Part shown: positions 10,889 to 23,024 of the stretch, one piece after another
Numbering within the stretch: position 1 is the stretch's first letter
How the letters are laid out: each line of letters opens with the position of its first letter
Assembly: GCF_022045235.1 (NCBI RefSeq)
Contig: NW_027266297.1
Span: 39,990,001 to 40,054,000, forward strand
Reading direction: 5' to 3'
Origin: Haliotis cracherodii
Lineage: Eukaryota
Length of the DNA stretch: 64,000 nt
Program-made: the position numbers and the translations under genes
The notes under the pieces: model-generated
What the model saw: the letters and a program-made list of their open reading frames with translations, nothing else
Database searches by the model: none
What the model was told of the DNA's origin: nothing

Positions 10889-13213
10889 TTAGACGTACCA
10901 TTGTAACAGCTTGAAGCCAAAGACCTGGACTTCACAAAACTGCAGAACATCATTACTGTCAATGGCTTTCTTCCCACTAAGCCTCAGGTAACGGCCAGTC
11001 AAGGGTGAAGTACACTGTATGGCAACTGTCTTGCCATGTTCTGTGACGGCTCCATTGTACATGTAACACAGTTGTGGACTGACACTAGGGTAGACAAGAG
11101 GGTCGTCTTGATACACGTCCAGAGCGAAGTCGTGAAGTCGTTCAGCTGAAAAACCAATGTTATGTCAAATGAACACTAGAAGCTTATAGAATATGTTCCC
11201 ACGATTATTTTCAAACTTTAGGCGGACCATTTGTTTTACTTCACACTTTAAATTCAGCCTATAAAATGAATGTTAAATTGTTCGATAGGCATTAGTTAGA
11301 AGGTGACGGATGACAAGGTAGACACAATTTTATGGATAACAACTTCTTTAATACTGTAAAAAGTGACGTTTCGGTATGGATCCTTATACCGTTGTCAAGC
11401 AAGAGTGAAAGAGGGACATTAGTACAGAATATATATAGTAGGTGGAGGATTAACAGTAGAGGATTAACAGTAACAACAATTGCATACATGAGTGGGATTA
11501 CATGGGTAGGTGTTGACAACAAAGGGATAATACTGTCACAACACAATTGACAGACAAATAAAAAACATGTTACAACTTCAATAAAAGGTGAATAGTATTT
11601 ATGAATATATGTTATATATTAGGTGTAAAACAAATATCGTGTCAAATGAACTGTTTATCTCACGACAACAGTCTTCTCTACTGGTGACACGGACTCCCAC
11701 AACGACGTATCTGTCCAGAAGGTCAACCTGCCACCAGGGTGAGAAATCACCATTGTCAACAGCAAAACAAGATCGAGATGACCATGTCGCTGTAACATCA
11801 CCGTCTACTGCAACACTAGGTTGGAACATGTCACGATGCCACACTGAACTTGCATTTGCTGGCTTATCTTTAGCAATATTAGGTAGAAGTTCCTCCACTA
11901 AAAGAAAAGTAACCCAGTTCTAATAACGTTGACATTTAATGGTTGGTAACATGTTTAGGAACGACATGGTTATGTGACATATGTTGAAAACATAAAACTA
12001 TTAGGCTTAAAAGTGTTGTAGTATCAAACAGAACTGAGATTATGTTGGCTTATTTGTAAGTAAAGAAACCAAACTAGATAACATGGGGCAGATTTCTATT
12101 TTAAGGAGCGGTAACAGACTACGGGAAGCATGAAAAGGTATGACTTCAACTTCAGCCAAAACCACAATTACTGTTTAAGTAAAACATTGTGCGGTCAGTA
12201 ACTACATGCACATTGCTTTAGCGGCGTGTCTATCATGTCTTTATGTGTCGGCGCATTCAGATTTTCACTAAAACTTTATTATGAATCATAACCCTATTTG
12301 TCACATGGAACAATGTTGGATAATATGGTTTTAGGTGTCTAGTTTCAGCCGAAGCAGATTACTGTTCTTATGTAATATGTACTCATCGTTATTTAACGTA
12401 CATACCGCACTGCACGATGCCATTTCTCATAGTACTGCATCTCTGCGTGTATCCACATAGGACGTTATGACAAGGACCAAGTGCTGTCTGTGGCATAGAA
12501 TAAAATATGACAAGTATAAGAATTATGCAGTCATATATGAAAATGTGACAATATGCCAGCTATAACGTCTAGTCATCTATATTTTTACACAAATATATTT
12601 CTGATATTTCTGAACCACAAAATGATTTTATCGTTATGATCATATCCATCAATATACCTATTATACCAGCATAGGTTTTTTTATTAAAAGTCTTTGAACA
12701 AAGTTAGTGCTATTAATTTCTTTATTCTGGCACATTATTTAAGTTACTCCCCAACAACTAAAACAGAGAAGCAGAACAAACTGACGACACTTCGTCATTG
12801 GAAAACATCTGCTTGTTTACCACCAGTTGAGCTAATATCATATCACCATTTAGACACAACATCGTAAGGAAGAAGTAGTTCCAGTGTAATCTTACCTTGT
12901 TCCAGCTCATAATTGAACTGTAAATGAAATCCTCTTCCCCCCCACCTTCCAGATATTGGAGGTCGTCAAATACATTTAGATGGCACGCTCTCCGGCCAAT
13001 CCCAAAATTGAAGGACTTGCATATTCCATATGAAACACATTCAGCGGCACAGGAGAACAGAGATGATTTCTCGATAATCTTAAACGTTGATCCCACTAGG
13101 TGTTTTCTATAATGAAGATCCGGCATACATGTATTTGTTACTGGTACCATACTCGAAAGTATCTGACAACAAATGTATATTATTTCCAATTGCCTAAAGT
13201 GATGAAAGAACAT
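10889..13213 (-). CDS. PAN/Apple + EGF-like + F-type lectin domain protein, copy A (~296 aa)
   Basis: Exons 13213-12896 (MFFHH..SCAAECVSYGICKSFNF..CHLN..WNK), 12487-12406 (TALGPCHNVLCGYTQRC..VQC), 11897-11664 (NIAKDKPANASS..AVDGD..PWWQVDL..SREDCC) and 11145-10889 (PERLHDF..GRYLRL..LQFCEVQVF). All introns GT-AG with compatible phases 0,1,1. Confidence 0.88.
11363..11400 (-). ncRNA. Minimal type I hammerhead ribozyme-like motif (Penelope-type, U3-A8 core)
   Basis: GC-UUGACAA-C-GGUAU-loop-AUACC-GAAACGUC; paralogs at 32862-32899 and 40487-40524. Confidence 0.55.
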
Positions 13214-13562
13214 GATTTCAATATAAACACGGTGACAGTGGTTGTCCAAAATGTGATGAAGGAATTAACATGAAAATATTCAACAACGCTGCACTTATGG
13301 TTCACCTCTGGCACTGCGTATACACAGGAATCATCAATGAAAATATATATAATGAGAATATATTGCATATAGATTAGACTATATCCAACACTTGAAAAAC
13401 AATCTTCATGAAATATACATCAAAGCTTCGACACAATGCATAAAGAAAGGTTCGCTGAGTCTTTAACTGGAGACGTCAATGGGTTGTTGTTTTTCCAAAT
13501 CATTGCATCGGTATTGTTTAGAGTCCACTTGATAGTTAGTTATTGATAATCAATACTTTGAA

Positions 13563-13747
13563 TGTTAACTCAAAACTCCTTGTGGCTTCAATAACATTTA
13601 ATCCACACCATTCAACATGACAGTACACAGCCATGTGCGCTTGTCTCGTCCGCGAGGGAGACACACAGACAGACTCCCTACGTCACATACAAAGTTAGTT
13701 TCCACAACTTGTGATATCGTTAGTTGCGTATCTGAGGGATATTGACA
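13563..13747 (-). repeat. LTR (185 bp), copy 1
   Basis: TGTTAA...TTGACA termini; adjacent polypurine tract (AAAAGAAAAGGGGA on the minus strand); outer boundary fixed by comparison with the empty site near 51145. Confidence 0.88.
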
Positions 13748-16700
13748 AATTCCCCTTTTCTTTTAAAATGACGAGCAAGCGCACTAATTAAAATATGGTT
13801 ATTTACACTGACATTGATTTAAAAATACTAAAATAAAGTCCACATTTTTTTTTCTTTTCCTTTTGTTGTTATTGTCACAAACATGATCAAAAATACAACT
13901 TTCACTAAATGTTCCATATTCACAAGTCTATGTTGTTGTGATCATGAGTTGTCCACTCTTGATGGTTTCAAGAAGCTTCATGTAAGGTGCGCCTTTCTTT
14001 GTTAGGCAATCTGACAACTGGTCACAGGATTGAACCCATACTACCTTAGAGATCTCACCTCTCTGTAGCATCTGTTTGATGCCTGCTATATCTATCCGGA
14101 GACGCTTCTCACTGACGGTCTTGGTGGAGTGCACATTTTCATAAAGTGACTTATTGTCAATATAACAGTCTATTGGCACAACATTTTTCTTAGATCCATT
14201 GTGCAGGATTTCACTCAAGAGATGGCCTAAATAACAAACAGAATCCAGACCATCCACCATGGCCAGGGCCTCGGCAGCAAGAGTACTCCTTACTACTCTT
14301 CGTATCTTTGTGGCTTTCCATGCAAGAGGACAGCATTTTCTGTCTTTTCCAATCAGAAAAATGATATATCCACCTGCACTGGACACTCCATCACTAAGAT
14401 TTCCATATGAGGCATCACTGAAAACGCCAAGTCTCAGATCACATGGCATACCCATGTTTTGGAAACGTATCTTGCAGTCATTAGACTTCAACTTTTTTAC
14501 AATTTTGTTGGCTTTTATCAGGTCTTCTACTGTTGGTTCTTTGATGCTTGTGCTCAGCTCCAGGGAATCAAACATGATGTCAGGCCTGGTTTGGTTAGCG
14601 ATCCAACTGATCTGGCCAATAATGCTTCGCATCTGTGTAATTTCCTTATCTGTCAGATGAGCACTTTTCTGAGAGGCTCGTGCTGTGCTTATAGGAATCT
14701 TTGTCAGATTCTCTACATAGGATAGCTGGTCCATGATAATGGTTCCTTCCTGTTGGTGAATCTCAAGTCCGATGTATCTAAATATTCCATGTGCTTGTTT
14801 GCTAATTTGAAACATCTGTCTCATTTCGTCAATCACTCTCTTCTCGAAGTATTCTGTTCCTGCCCAGATAAAGTCATCCACATGCATAAGAAATAGACCA
14901 GAAAGCTTGTCATTGTCATACCAGTAGAATAAGGCAAGGTCAATTTCTGATTATCTGCAATTCAGTTTCTTTAATTCTTCACAAACTCTAAAATACCAAG
15001 TTCTTGAAGCATCACACAGGCCATAAACACACTTTTCTAGTTTCCATAAGCACCCATCACCATCAGATTCTCTTGGAGGCTTCAGGAAGATTTCTCTGTC
15101 AATCTTTTTTCCTTGTAGGAAAGCAGCTTTAATGTCTATTGTTTTACACTGCCATGACATTAAGCATGCCATAGCCAAAACTGCCCTAAGTGTGTCTTTC
15201 CCAGCTGTTGGCGAATCACTCTGAATGTTTTGTTCTTCTTCAAACCCACGAGCTACCAGTCTTGCTTTCACTACTTTCTTGTTTCCATCCATCTTTTCTG
15301 TCACCACCCATCTAGTTGATATTGCTGACTGCCCTTGATCAGGTACTTCTTTATACACTTTGAATTGTTTCCAGTTTTCAAGCTCCAATGCCTTGGCGCG
15401 TGTGACATACTGATCATCATGTCGGGAGGATGCAATATTAACTTCTTCAATGTTGCTATCAGTTTCTGTTTCAAACTCCTGAACCTTTTGCCACTGACTG
15501 ACATCTTTTTCAAAATTCACTGATTTCATATCTGATTCACCTCTTTCACAGACATTAAACCGCCCACGGTATTTTCCAGTTGCTTTTCCTCCTCTACTAA
15601 TGACTTCCGCTTCCCTCCACATATGGTCTTCCTTGAGAAGATATTTCACCTTGTCTTTAGGCTTTGGTAGATTTGTTAAACCGTCACCTGTGTGATTTTC
15701 AACTACCTCAGGTGGGCTATTTCTCCTTGATGGACTCTGTTCATCCTCTGATAGCATGTCACTTTCCACCATCGCAGAACTAGTCCGACTACTCTTAGTC
15801 TTTTCAGTTTGAAGTGGCAATGCATCTGCAGAACTGCTGGTCTCTTTGTCAACACTGTCTTGGCTATCGGACTGTTCAAATTCTTGACCAATTTTTAACA
15901 GACGACATGTGGGGACTCTAACATAGGTACTTCCATGACGAATAAACACAGTTTTCCCATCTTGACCCAGCACCTTCCCGGGACCTTTCCATTGCTTTTC
16001 CTTCATGAAGTAAACTTTATCACCAGTTTGATAGACCGACTCTGATGGCCTGATGTTATGTCGTAAGGCCCGTCTGATTCTTTCAGATGATTCAGCTTCA
16101 ATGAAGGCTTTCCTTGCAGCATGTAGTGAGTTTAGGTGTTTTGCAAACATTTCACTTACAGTGGTACCTTCCAATGCAGGTGGTCTATCAACAAGAGTCG
16201 ATGGCAGGTTTGGGTTAGCTCCAAATACAAGCTGGTAAGGACTCCATCCATGCACCATCTGTAATGAGTTCTTCGCATTAATCGCCCACACCAGTGCAGT
16301 TTCTAGATCAAGTCGTGGGTTGTCAGTCATAAGTTTTGAGACACAGTCATCAACCACAGCATGGTTTCTTTCACAGAGCCCATTTTGCCAAGGGCTAAAG
16401 CTAGCTGTATTCATTACTTCCACATTCAGGTTTTCCGCCATGTCCCTATATTCTTCATTAGCGAATTCTCCACCATTGTCAGCTAGAAATTTCCTGGGTG
16501 TGCCTAGTCCACTCCCGACCCATAATTTCAAAATTTGATCAATGACGACCTCTGGGGTTTTCTTCCTTATGACAGCAGCCAGACTAAATCTTGTGGCCAT
16601 GTCTATGAGATGAAGGAAGTAGACACCGGTCTTCCAAAACTTCAGATCCATTGCCACCACTTCGTTAAACTTTGTCGCAAGAGGGAGAGAAACAACTGGT

Positions 16701-17512
16701 CGAGCTGGTGTCTTCTTGAATTTGAGACAAACATCACATTCCTGAGCTACCTCATCAACTAGTGCCTGATTAGTATCGTCCTTGATCCCAGCATCCTCCA
16801 GCAGCATCAAGAGTCGTCTACTTGATGGATGCGCAAACTGTCTATGCAATTTCAAAATCTTTTTTTTTTCTCTTGCCTTGACTGCATACTTTGGGAATAA
16901 AGGACCTCGAAGGTTTGATTCACGTGCATTGTAGAATGTAATATCGGGATACAATAGTGCCCTGACGACGTACATTGCAGGTTGATTTCCTTTCCAAAAA
17001 TCGAGGCTCTGTCATTTTCTAAATCCAGTACAACTTTGGCCGCTTTCATGGCTGGTTTTCCAAGTAGAAGAGGAATATCACTTTGTACCACATCAGTAGT
17101 GATTGTACAGTTGACACCTGCTATCTCACATGGGAAAGTTACTTTTGCAATAGATTTGAGGAGTCTTCCTCCCCCAAACTTGAAGATAGAGTCACTTTTG
17201 GTTCTATTTACTTGTCTCACTTTGTCATCCTCAAGTGTGTCTATATAGCAGTTCATCCAAGCTTCACCTGCAACTGTAGAACTGCATGCACTGTCCAAGA
17301 CTGCAGAGTTTAAAGATTCATTAACAAGAACCTGTAATTCCTCACCCTTATTACCAGTAAACAACACAAATTCTTCTTGTTTGTCTTGAAACTTTCTCTT
17401 TTCCATATTTTCATATGAGTCCGGGCAGTCCTTGATAAAGTGATAAACTGACTCACAAACCTTGCATCGAAGAGGACGTCCATCATGTCCAATTGGATTC
17501 TGTACTCGCTGG
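13563..17512 (-). mobile_element. Copia LTR retrotransposon, GalEa-like, copy 1 (3' LTR + pol, gag truncated)
   Basis: Order zinc knuckle, protease (VLDSACS), integrase (LHRQFAH..CDVC, AMDL, ADNGGEF, CERN), RT (KARLVARG, HVDDF), RNase H (FSDAS, KRLRID, SDCLTK). PPT next to the LTR; in-frame TAA at 14951 and a frameshift in the A-run near 16865. Confidence 0.95.
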
Positions 17513-17557
17513 CTGACACAACATCGTAAGGAAGAAGTAGTTCCAGTGTAATCTTAC

Positions 17558-17875
17558 CTTGTTCCAGCTCATAATTGAACTGTAAATGAAATCCTCTTCC
17601 CCCCCACCTTCCAGATATTGGAGGTCGTCAAATACATTTAGATGGCACGCTCTCCGGCCAATCCCAAAATTGAAGGACCTGCATATTCCATATGAAACAC
17701 ATTCAGCGGCACAGGAGAACAGAGATGATTTCTCGATAATCTTAAACGTTGATCCCACTAGGTGTTTTCTATAATGAAGATCCGGCATACATGTATTTGT
17801 TACTGGTACCATACTCGAAAGTATCTGACAACAAATGTATATTATTTCCAATTGCCTAAAGTGATGAAAGAACAT
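17558..17875 (-). pseudogene. Orphan duplicate of lectin gene exon 1 (PAN/Apple)
   Basis: Near-identical to 12896-13213 (one K>R change); donor GTAAG retained; intron joined to Copia sequence at 17512/17515. Confidence 0.85.
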
Positions 17876-18224
17876 GATTTCAATATAAACACGGTGACAG
17901 TGGTTGTCCAAAATGTGATGAAGGAATTAACATGAAAATATTCAACAACGCTGCACTTATGGTTCACCTCTGGCACTGCGTATACACAGGAATCATCAAT
18001 GAAAATATATATAATGAGAATATATTGCATATAGATTAGACTATATCCAACACTTGAAAAACAATCTTCATGAAATATACATCAAAGCTTCGACACAATG
18101 CATAAAGAAAGGTTTGCTGAGTCTTTAACTGGAGACGTCAATGGGTTGTTGTTTTTCCAAATCATTGCATCGGTATTGTTTAGAGTCCACTTGATAGTTA
18201 GTTATTGATAATCAATACTTTGAA

Positions 18225-18409
18225 TGTTAACTCAAAACTCCTTGTGGCTTCAATAACATTTAATCCACACCATTCAACATGACAGTACACAGCCATGTGC
18301 GCTTGTCTTGTCCGCGAGGGAGACACACAGACAGACTCCCTACGTCACATACAAAGTTAGTTTCCACAACTTGTGATATCGTTAGTTGCGTATCTGAGGG
18401 ATATTGACA
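18225..18409 (-). repeat. LTR (185 bp), copy 2
   Basis: Near-identical to 13563-13747. Confidence 0.88.
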
Positions 18410-21400
18410 AATTCCCCTTTTCTTTTAAAATGACGAGCAAGCGCACTAATTAAAATATGGTTATTTACACTGACATTGATTTAAAAATACTAAAATAAAG
18501 TCCACATTTTTTTTCTTTTCCTTTTGTTGTTATTGTCACAAACATGATCAAAAATACAACTTTCACTAAATGTTCCATATTCACAAGTCTATGTTGTTGT
18601 GATCATGAGTTGTCCACTCTTGATGGTTTCAAGAAGCTTCATGTAAGGTGCGCCTTTCTTTGTTAGGCAATCTGACAACTGGTCACAGGATTGAACCCAT
18701 ACTACCTTAGAGATCTCACCTCTCTGTAGCATCTGTTTGATGCCTGCTATATCTATCCGGAGACGCTTCTCACTGACGGTCTTGGTGGAGTGCACATTTT
18801 CATAAAGTGACTTATTGTCAATATAACAGTCTATTGGCACAACATTTTTCTTAGATCCATTGTGCAGGATTTCACTCAAGAGATGGCCTAAATAACAAAC
18901 AGAATCCAGACCATCCACCATGGCCAGGGCCTCGGCAGCAAGAGTACTCCTTACTACTCTTCGTATCTTTGTGGCTTTCCATGCAAGAGGACAGCATTTT
19001 CTGTCTTTTCCAATCAGAAAAATGATATATCCACCTGCACTGGACACTCCATCACTAAGATTTCCATATGAGGCATCACTGAAAACGCCAAGTCTCAGAT
19101 CACATGGCATACCCATGTTTTGGAAACGTATCTTGCAGTCATCAGACTTCAACTTTTTTACAATTTTGTTGGCTTTTATCAGGTCTTCTACTGTTGGTTC
19201 TTTGATGCTTGTGCTCAGCTCCAGGGAATCAAACATGATGTCAGGCCTGGTTTGGTTAGCGATCCAACTGATCTGGCCAATAATGCTTCGCATCTGTGTA
19301 ATTTCCTTATCTGTCAGATGAGCACTTTTCTGAGAGGCTCGTGCTGTGCTTATAGGAATCTTTGTCAGATTCTCTACATAGGATAGCTGGTCCATGATAA
19401 TGGTTCCTTCCTGTTGGTGAATCTCAAGTCCGATGTATCTAAATATTCCATGTGCTTGTTTGCTAATTTGAAACATCTGTCTCATTTCGTCAATCACTCT
19501 CTTCTCGAAGTATTCTGTTCCTGCCCAGATAAAGTCATCCACATGCATAAGAAATAGACCAGAAAGCTTGTCATTGTCATACCAGTAGAATAAGGCAAGG
19601 TCAATTTCTGATTATCTGCAATTCAGTTTCTTTAATTCTTCACAAACTCTAAAATACCAAGTTCTTGAAGCATCACACAGGCCATAAACACACTTTTCTA
19701 GTTTCCATAAGCACCCATCACCATCAGATTCTCTTGGAGGCTTCAGGAAGATTTCTCTGTCAATCTTTTTTCCTTGTAGGAAAGCAGCTTTAATGTCTAT
19801 TGTTTTACACTGCCATGACATTAAGCATGCCATAGCCAAAACTGCCCTAAGTGTGTCTTTCCCAGCTGTTGGCGAATCACTCTGAATGTTTTGTTCTTCT
19901 TCAAACCCACGAGCTACCAGTCTTGCTTTCACTACTTTCTTGTTTCCATCCATCTTTTCTGTCACCACCCATCTAGTTGATATTGCTGACTGCCCTTGAT
20001 CAGGTACTTCTTTATACACTTTGAATTGTTTCCAGTTTTCAAGCTCCAATGCCGCTTGACATACTGATCATCATGTCGGGAGGATGCAATATTAACTTCT
20101 TCAATGTTGCTATCAGTTTCTGTTTCAAACTCCTGAACCTTTTGCCACTGACTGACATCTTTTTCAAAATTCACTGATTTCATATCTGATTCACCTCTTT
20201 CACAGACATTAAACCGCCCACGGTATTTTCCAGTTGCTTTTCCTCCTCTACTAATGACTTCCGCTTCCCTCCACATATGGTCTTCCTTGAGAAGATATTT
20301 CACCTTGTCTTTAGGCTTTGGTAGATTTGTTAAACCGTCACCTGTGTGATTTTCAACTACCTCAGGTGGGCTATTTCTCCTTGATGGACTCTGTTCATCC
20401 TCTGATAGCATGTCACTTTCCACCATCGCAGAACTAGTCCGACTACTCTTAGTCTTTTCAGTTTGAAGTGGCAATGCATCTGCAGAACTGCTGGTCTCTT
20501 TGTCAACACTGTCTTGGCTATCGGACTGTTCAAATTCTTGACCAATTTTTAACAGACGACATGTGGGGACTCTAACATAGGTACTTCCATGACGAATAAA
20601 CACAGTTTTCCCATCTTGACCCAGCACCTTCCCGGGACCTTTCCATTGCTTTTCCTTCATGAAGTAAACTTTATCACCAGTTTGATAGACCGACTCTGAT
20701 GGCCTGATGTTATGTCGTAAGGCCCGTCTGATTCTTTCAGATGATTCAGCTTCAATGAAGGCTTTCCTTGCAGCATGTAGTGAGTTTAGGTGTTTTGCAA
20801 ACATTTCACTTACAGTGGTACCTTCCAATGCAGGTGGTCTATCAACAAGAGTCGATGGCAGGTTTGGGTTAGCTCCAAATACAAGCTGGTAAGGACTCCA
20901 TCCATGCACCATCTGTAATGAGTTCTTCGCATTAATCGCCCACACCAGTGCAGTTTCTAGATCAAGTCGTGGGTTGTCAGTCATAAGTTTTGAGACACAG
21001 TCATCAACCACAGCATGGTTTCTTTCACAGAGCCCATTTTGCCAAGGGCTAAAGCTAGCTGTATTCATTACTTCCACATTCAGGTTTTCCGCCATGTCCC
21101 TATATTCTTCATTAGCGAATTCTCCACCATTGTCAGCTAGAAATTTCCTGGGTGTGCCTAGTCCACTCCCGACCCATAATTTCAAAATTTGATCAATGAC
21201 GACCTCTGGGGTTTTCTTCCTTATGACAGCAGCCAGACTAAATCTTGTGGCCATGTCTATGAGATGAAGGAAGTAGACACCGGTCTTCCAAAACTTCAGA
21301 TCCATTGCCACCACTTCGTTAAACTTTGTCGCAAGAGGGAGAGAAACAACTGGTCGAGCTGGTGTCTTCTTGAATTTGAGACAAACATCACATTCCTGAG

Positions 21401-22875
21401 CTACCTCATCAACTAGTGCCTGATTAGTATCGTCCTTGATCCCAGCATCCTCCAGCAGCATCAAGAGTCGTCTACTTGATGGATGCGCAAACTGTCTATG
21501 CAATTTCAAAATCTTTTTTTTTTTCTCTTGCCTTGACTGCATACTTTGGGAATAAAGGACCTCGAAGGTTTGATTCACGTGCATTGTAGAATGTAATATC
21601 GGGATACAATAGTGCCCTGACGACGTACATTGCAGGTTGATTTCCTTTCCAAAAATCGAGGCTCTGTCATTTTCTAAATCCAGTACAACTTTGGCCGCTT
21701 TCATGGCTGGTTTTCCAAGTAGAAGAGGAATATCACTTTGTACCACATCAGTAGTGATTGTACAGTTGACACCTGCTATCTCACATGGGAAAGTTACTTT
21801 TGCAATAGATTTGAGGAGTCTTCCTCCCCCAAACTTGAAGATAGAGTCACTTTTGGTTCTATTTACTTGTCTCACTTTGTCATCCTCAAGTGTGTCTATA
21901 TAGCAGTTCATCCAAGCTTCACCTGCAACTGTAGAACTGCATGCACTGTCCAAGACTGCAGAGTTTAAAGATTCATTAACAAGAACCTGTAATTCCTCAC
22001 CCTTATTACCAGTAAACAACACAAATTCTTCTTGTTTGTCTTGAAACTTTCTCTTTTCCATATTTTCATATGAGTCCGGGCAGTCCTTGATAAAGTGATA
22101 AACTGACTCACAAACCTTGCATCGAAGAGGACGTCCATCATGTCCAATTGGATTCTGTACTCGCTGGTTGTCATATGGTTCACTTCGGAATCTGCGTCCG
22201 TGATTGTTTCTTGCCTGTGATCTGCTGGAATGGTTGTTGTTTCCTCTGCCAAAAAAACCATATCCACGTCTACCTCTTCTACTTCGAGTAAAGTAGGCAG
22301 TTTCCTCTTCCTCAACATTGGTTGTGTTGGTTGCGACATAAGTTGGTTCTGTCTTTATCTTAATTGCACCACTAACCTCAGATGGCGGCATCGCTTGCTT
22401 GCCAAAGAATTTCTTTAAGGACATGGCTGTTTGTTTAAACAATGTTGTATGATTTTCATAGTTGACACCAGTGAGAACAAATTGTCTGTCCTTATATTCA
22501 AGGCAAGCGTTTTCAAGTAACTTGAAAGCAAGCACTGATTCTGGAAGGCTCATGTTAAATTTTTTTGTTTTAATGTATAGCTTTTCAAATTCAGTGACAT
22601 ATAAGTCCATAGACTGATCTCTTGATCTTTTGTACCTGTCAAACTCTGTGTACACATCATATGCTTCTGAAAGTTCATCTTTCTTGTAAATATCATCCAT
22701 AAAAGATATCAGTGTATTGACACCTTCCTTTTTGTTCAACATTCCAACACCCAGTTCATTGAATACCTTGTCACGTATCGAAATGACACCTTCATTCTCC
22801 GGTAATGATAGCGCTATAGCTGGCCCTTGTTTATCTTCAGGCAAGTCTGTCACTGTCTGCCACACTCTGACTTCT
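18225..22875 (-). mobile_element. Copia LTR retrotransposon, GalEa-like, copy 2 (near-complete gag-pol, no 5' LTR)
   Basis: 967-aa ORF with gag (WQTVTDL..QGPAIALSL), CKVCESVYHFIKDC knuckle, PR and IN; 7-bp net deletion near 20052; same TAA at 19612; RT/RNase H 18589-19548. Confidence 0.95.
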
Positions 22876-23024
22876 TACATCAAAGCTTCGACACAATGCA
22901 TAAAGAAAGGTTTGCTGAGTCTTTAACTGGAGACGTCAATGGGTTGTTGTTTTTCCAAATCATTGCATCGGTATTGTTTAGAGTCCACTTGATAGTTAGT
23001 TATTGATAATCAATACTTTGAATG

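Noticed and set aside
14259-14725. Plus-strand ORFs overlapping Copia pol (and their duplicates near 18920-19386)
   Set aside because: Antisense shadows of the retroelement ORF with no recognisable domains
14951-14953. Programmed readthrough at the TAA shared by both Copia copies
   Set aside because: It lies inside the RT domain rather than at a gag-pol boundary; most simply a nonsense mutation predating the duplication
13563-18409. Intact full-length two-LTR Copia element
   Set aside because: Both LTRs are 3' LTRs (each next to a PPT) produced by tandem duplication; no PBS, no 5-bp TSD, gag replaced by host sequence
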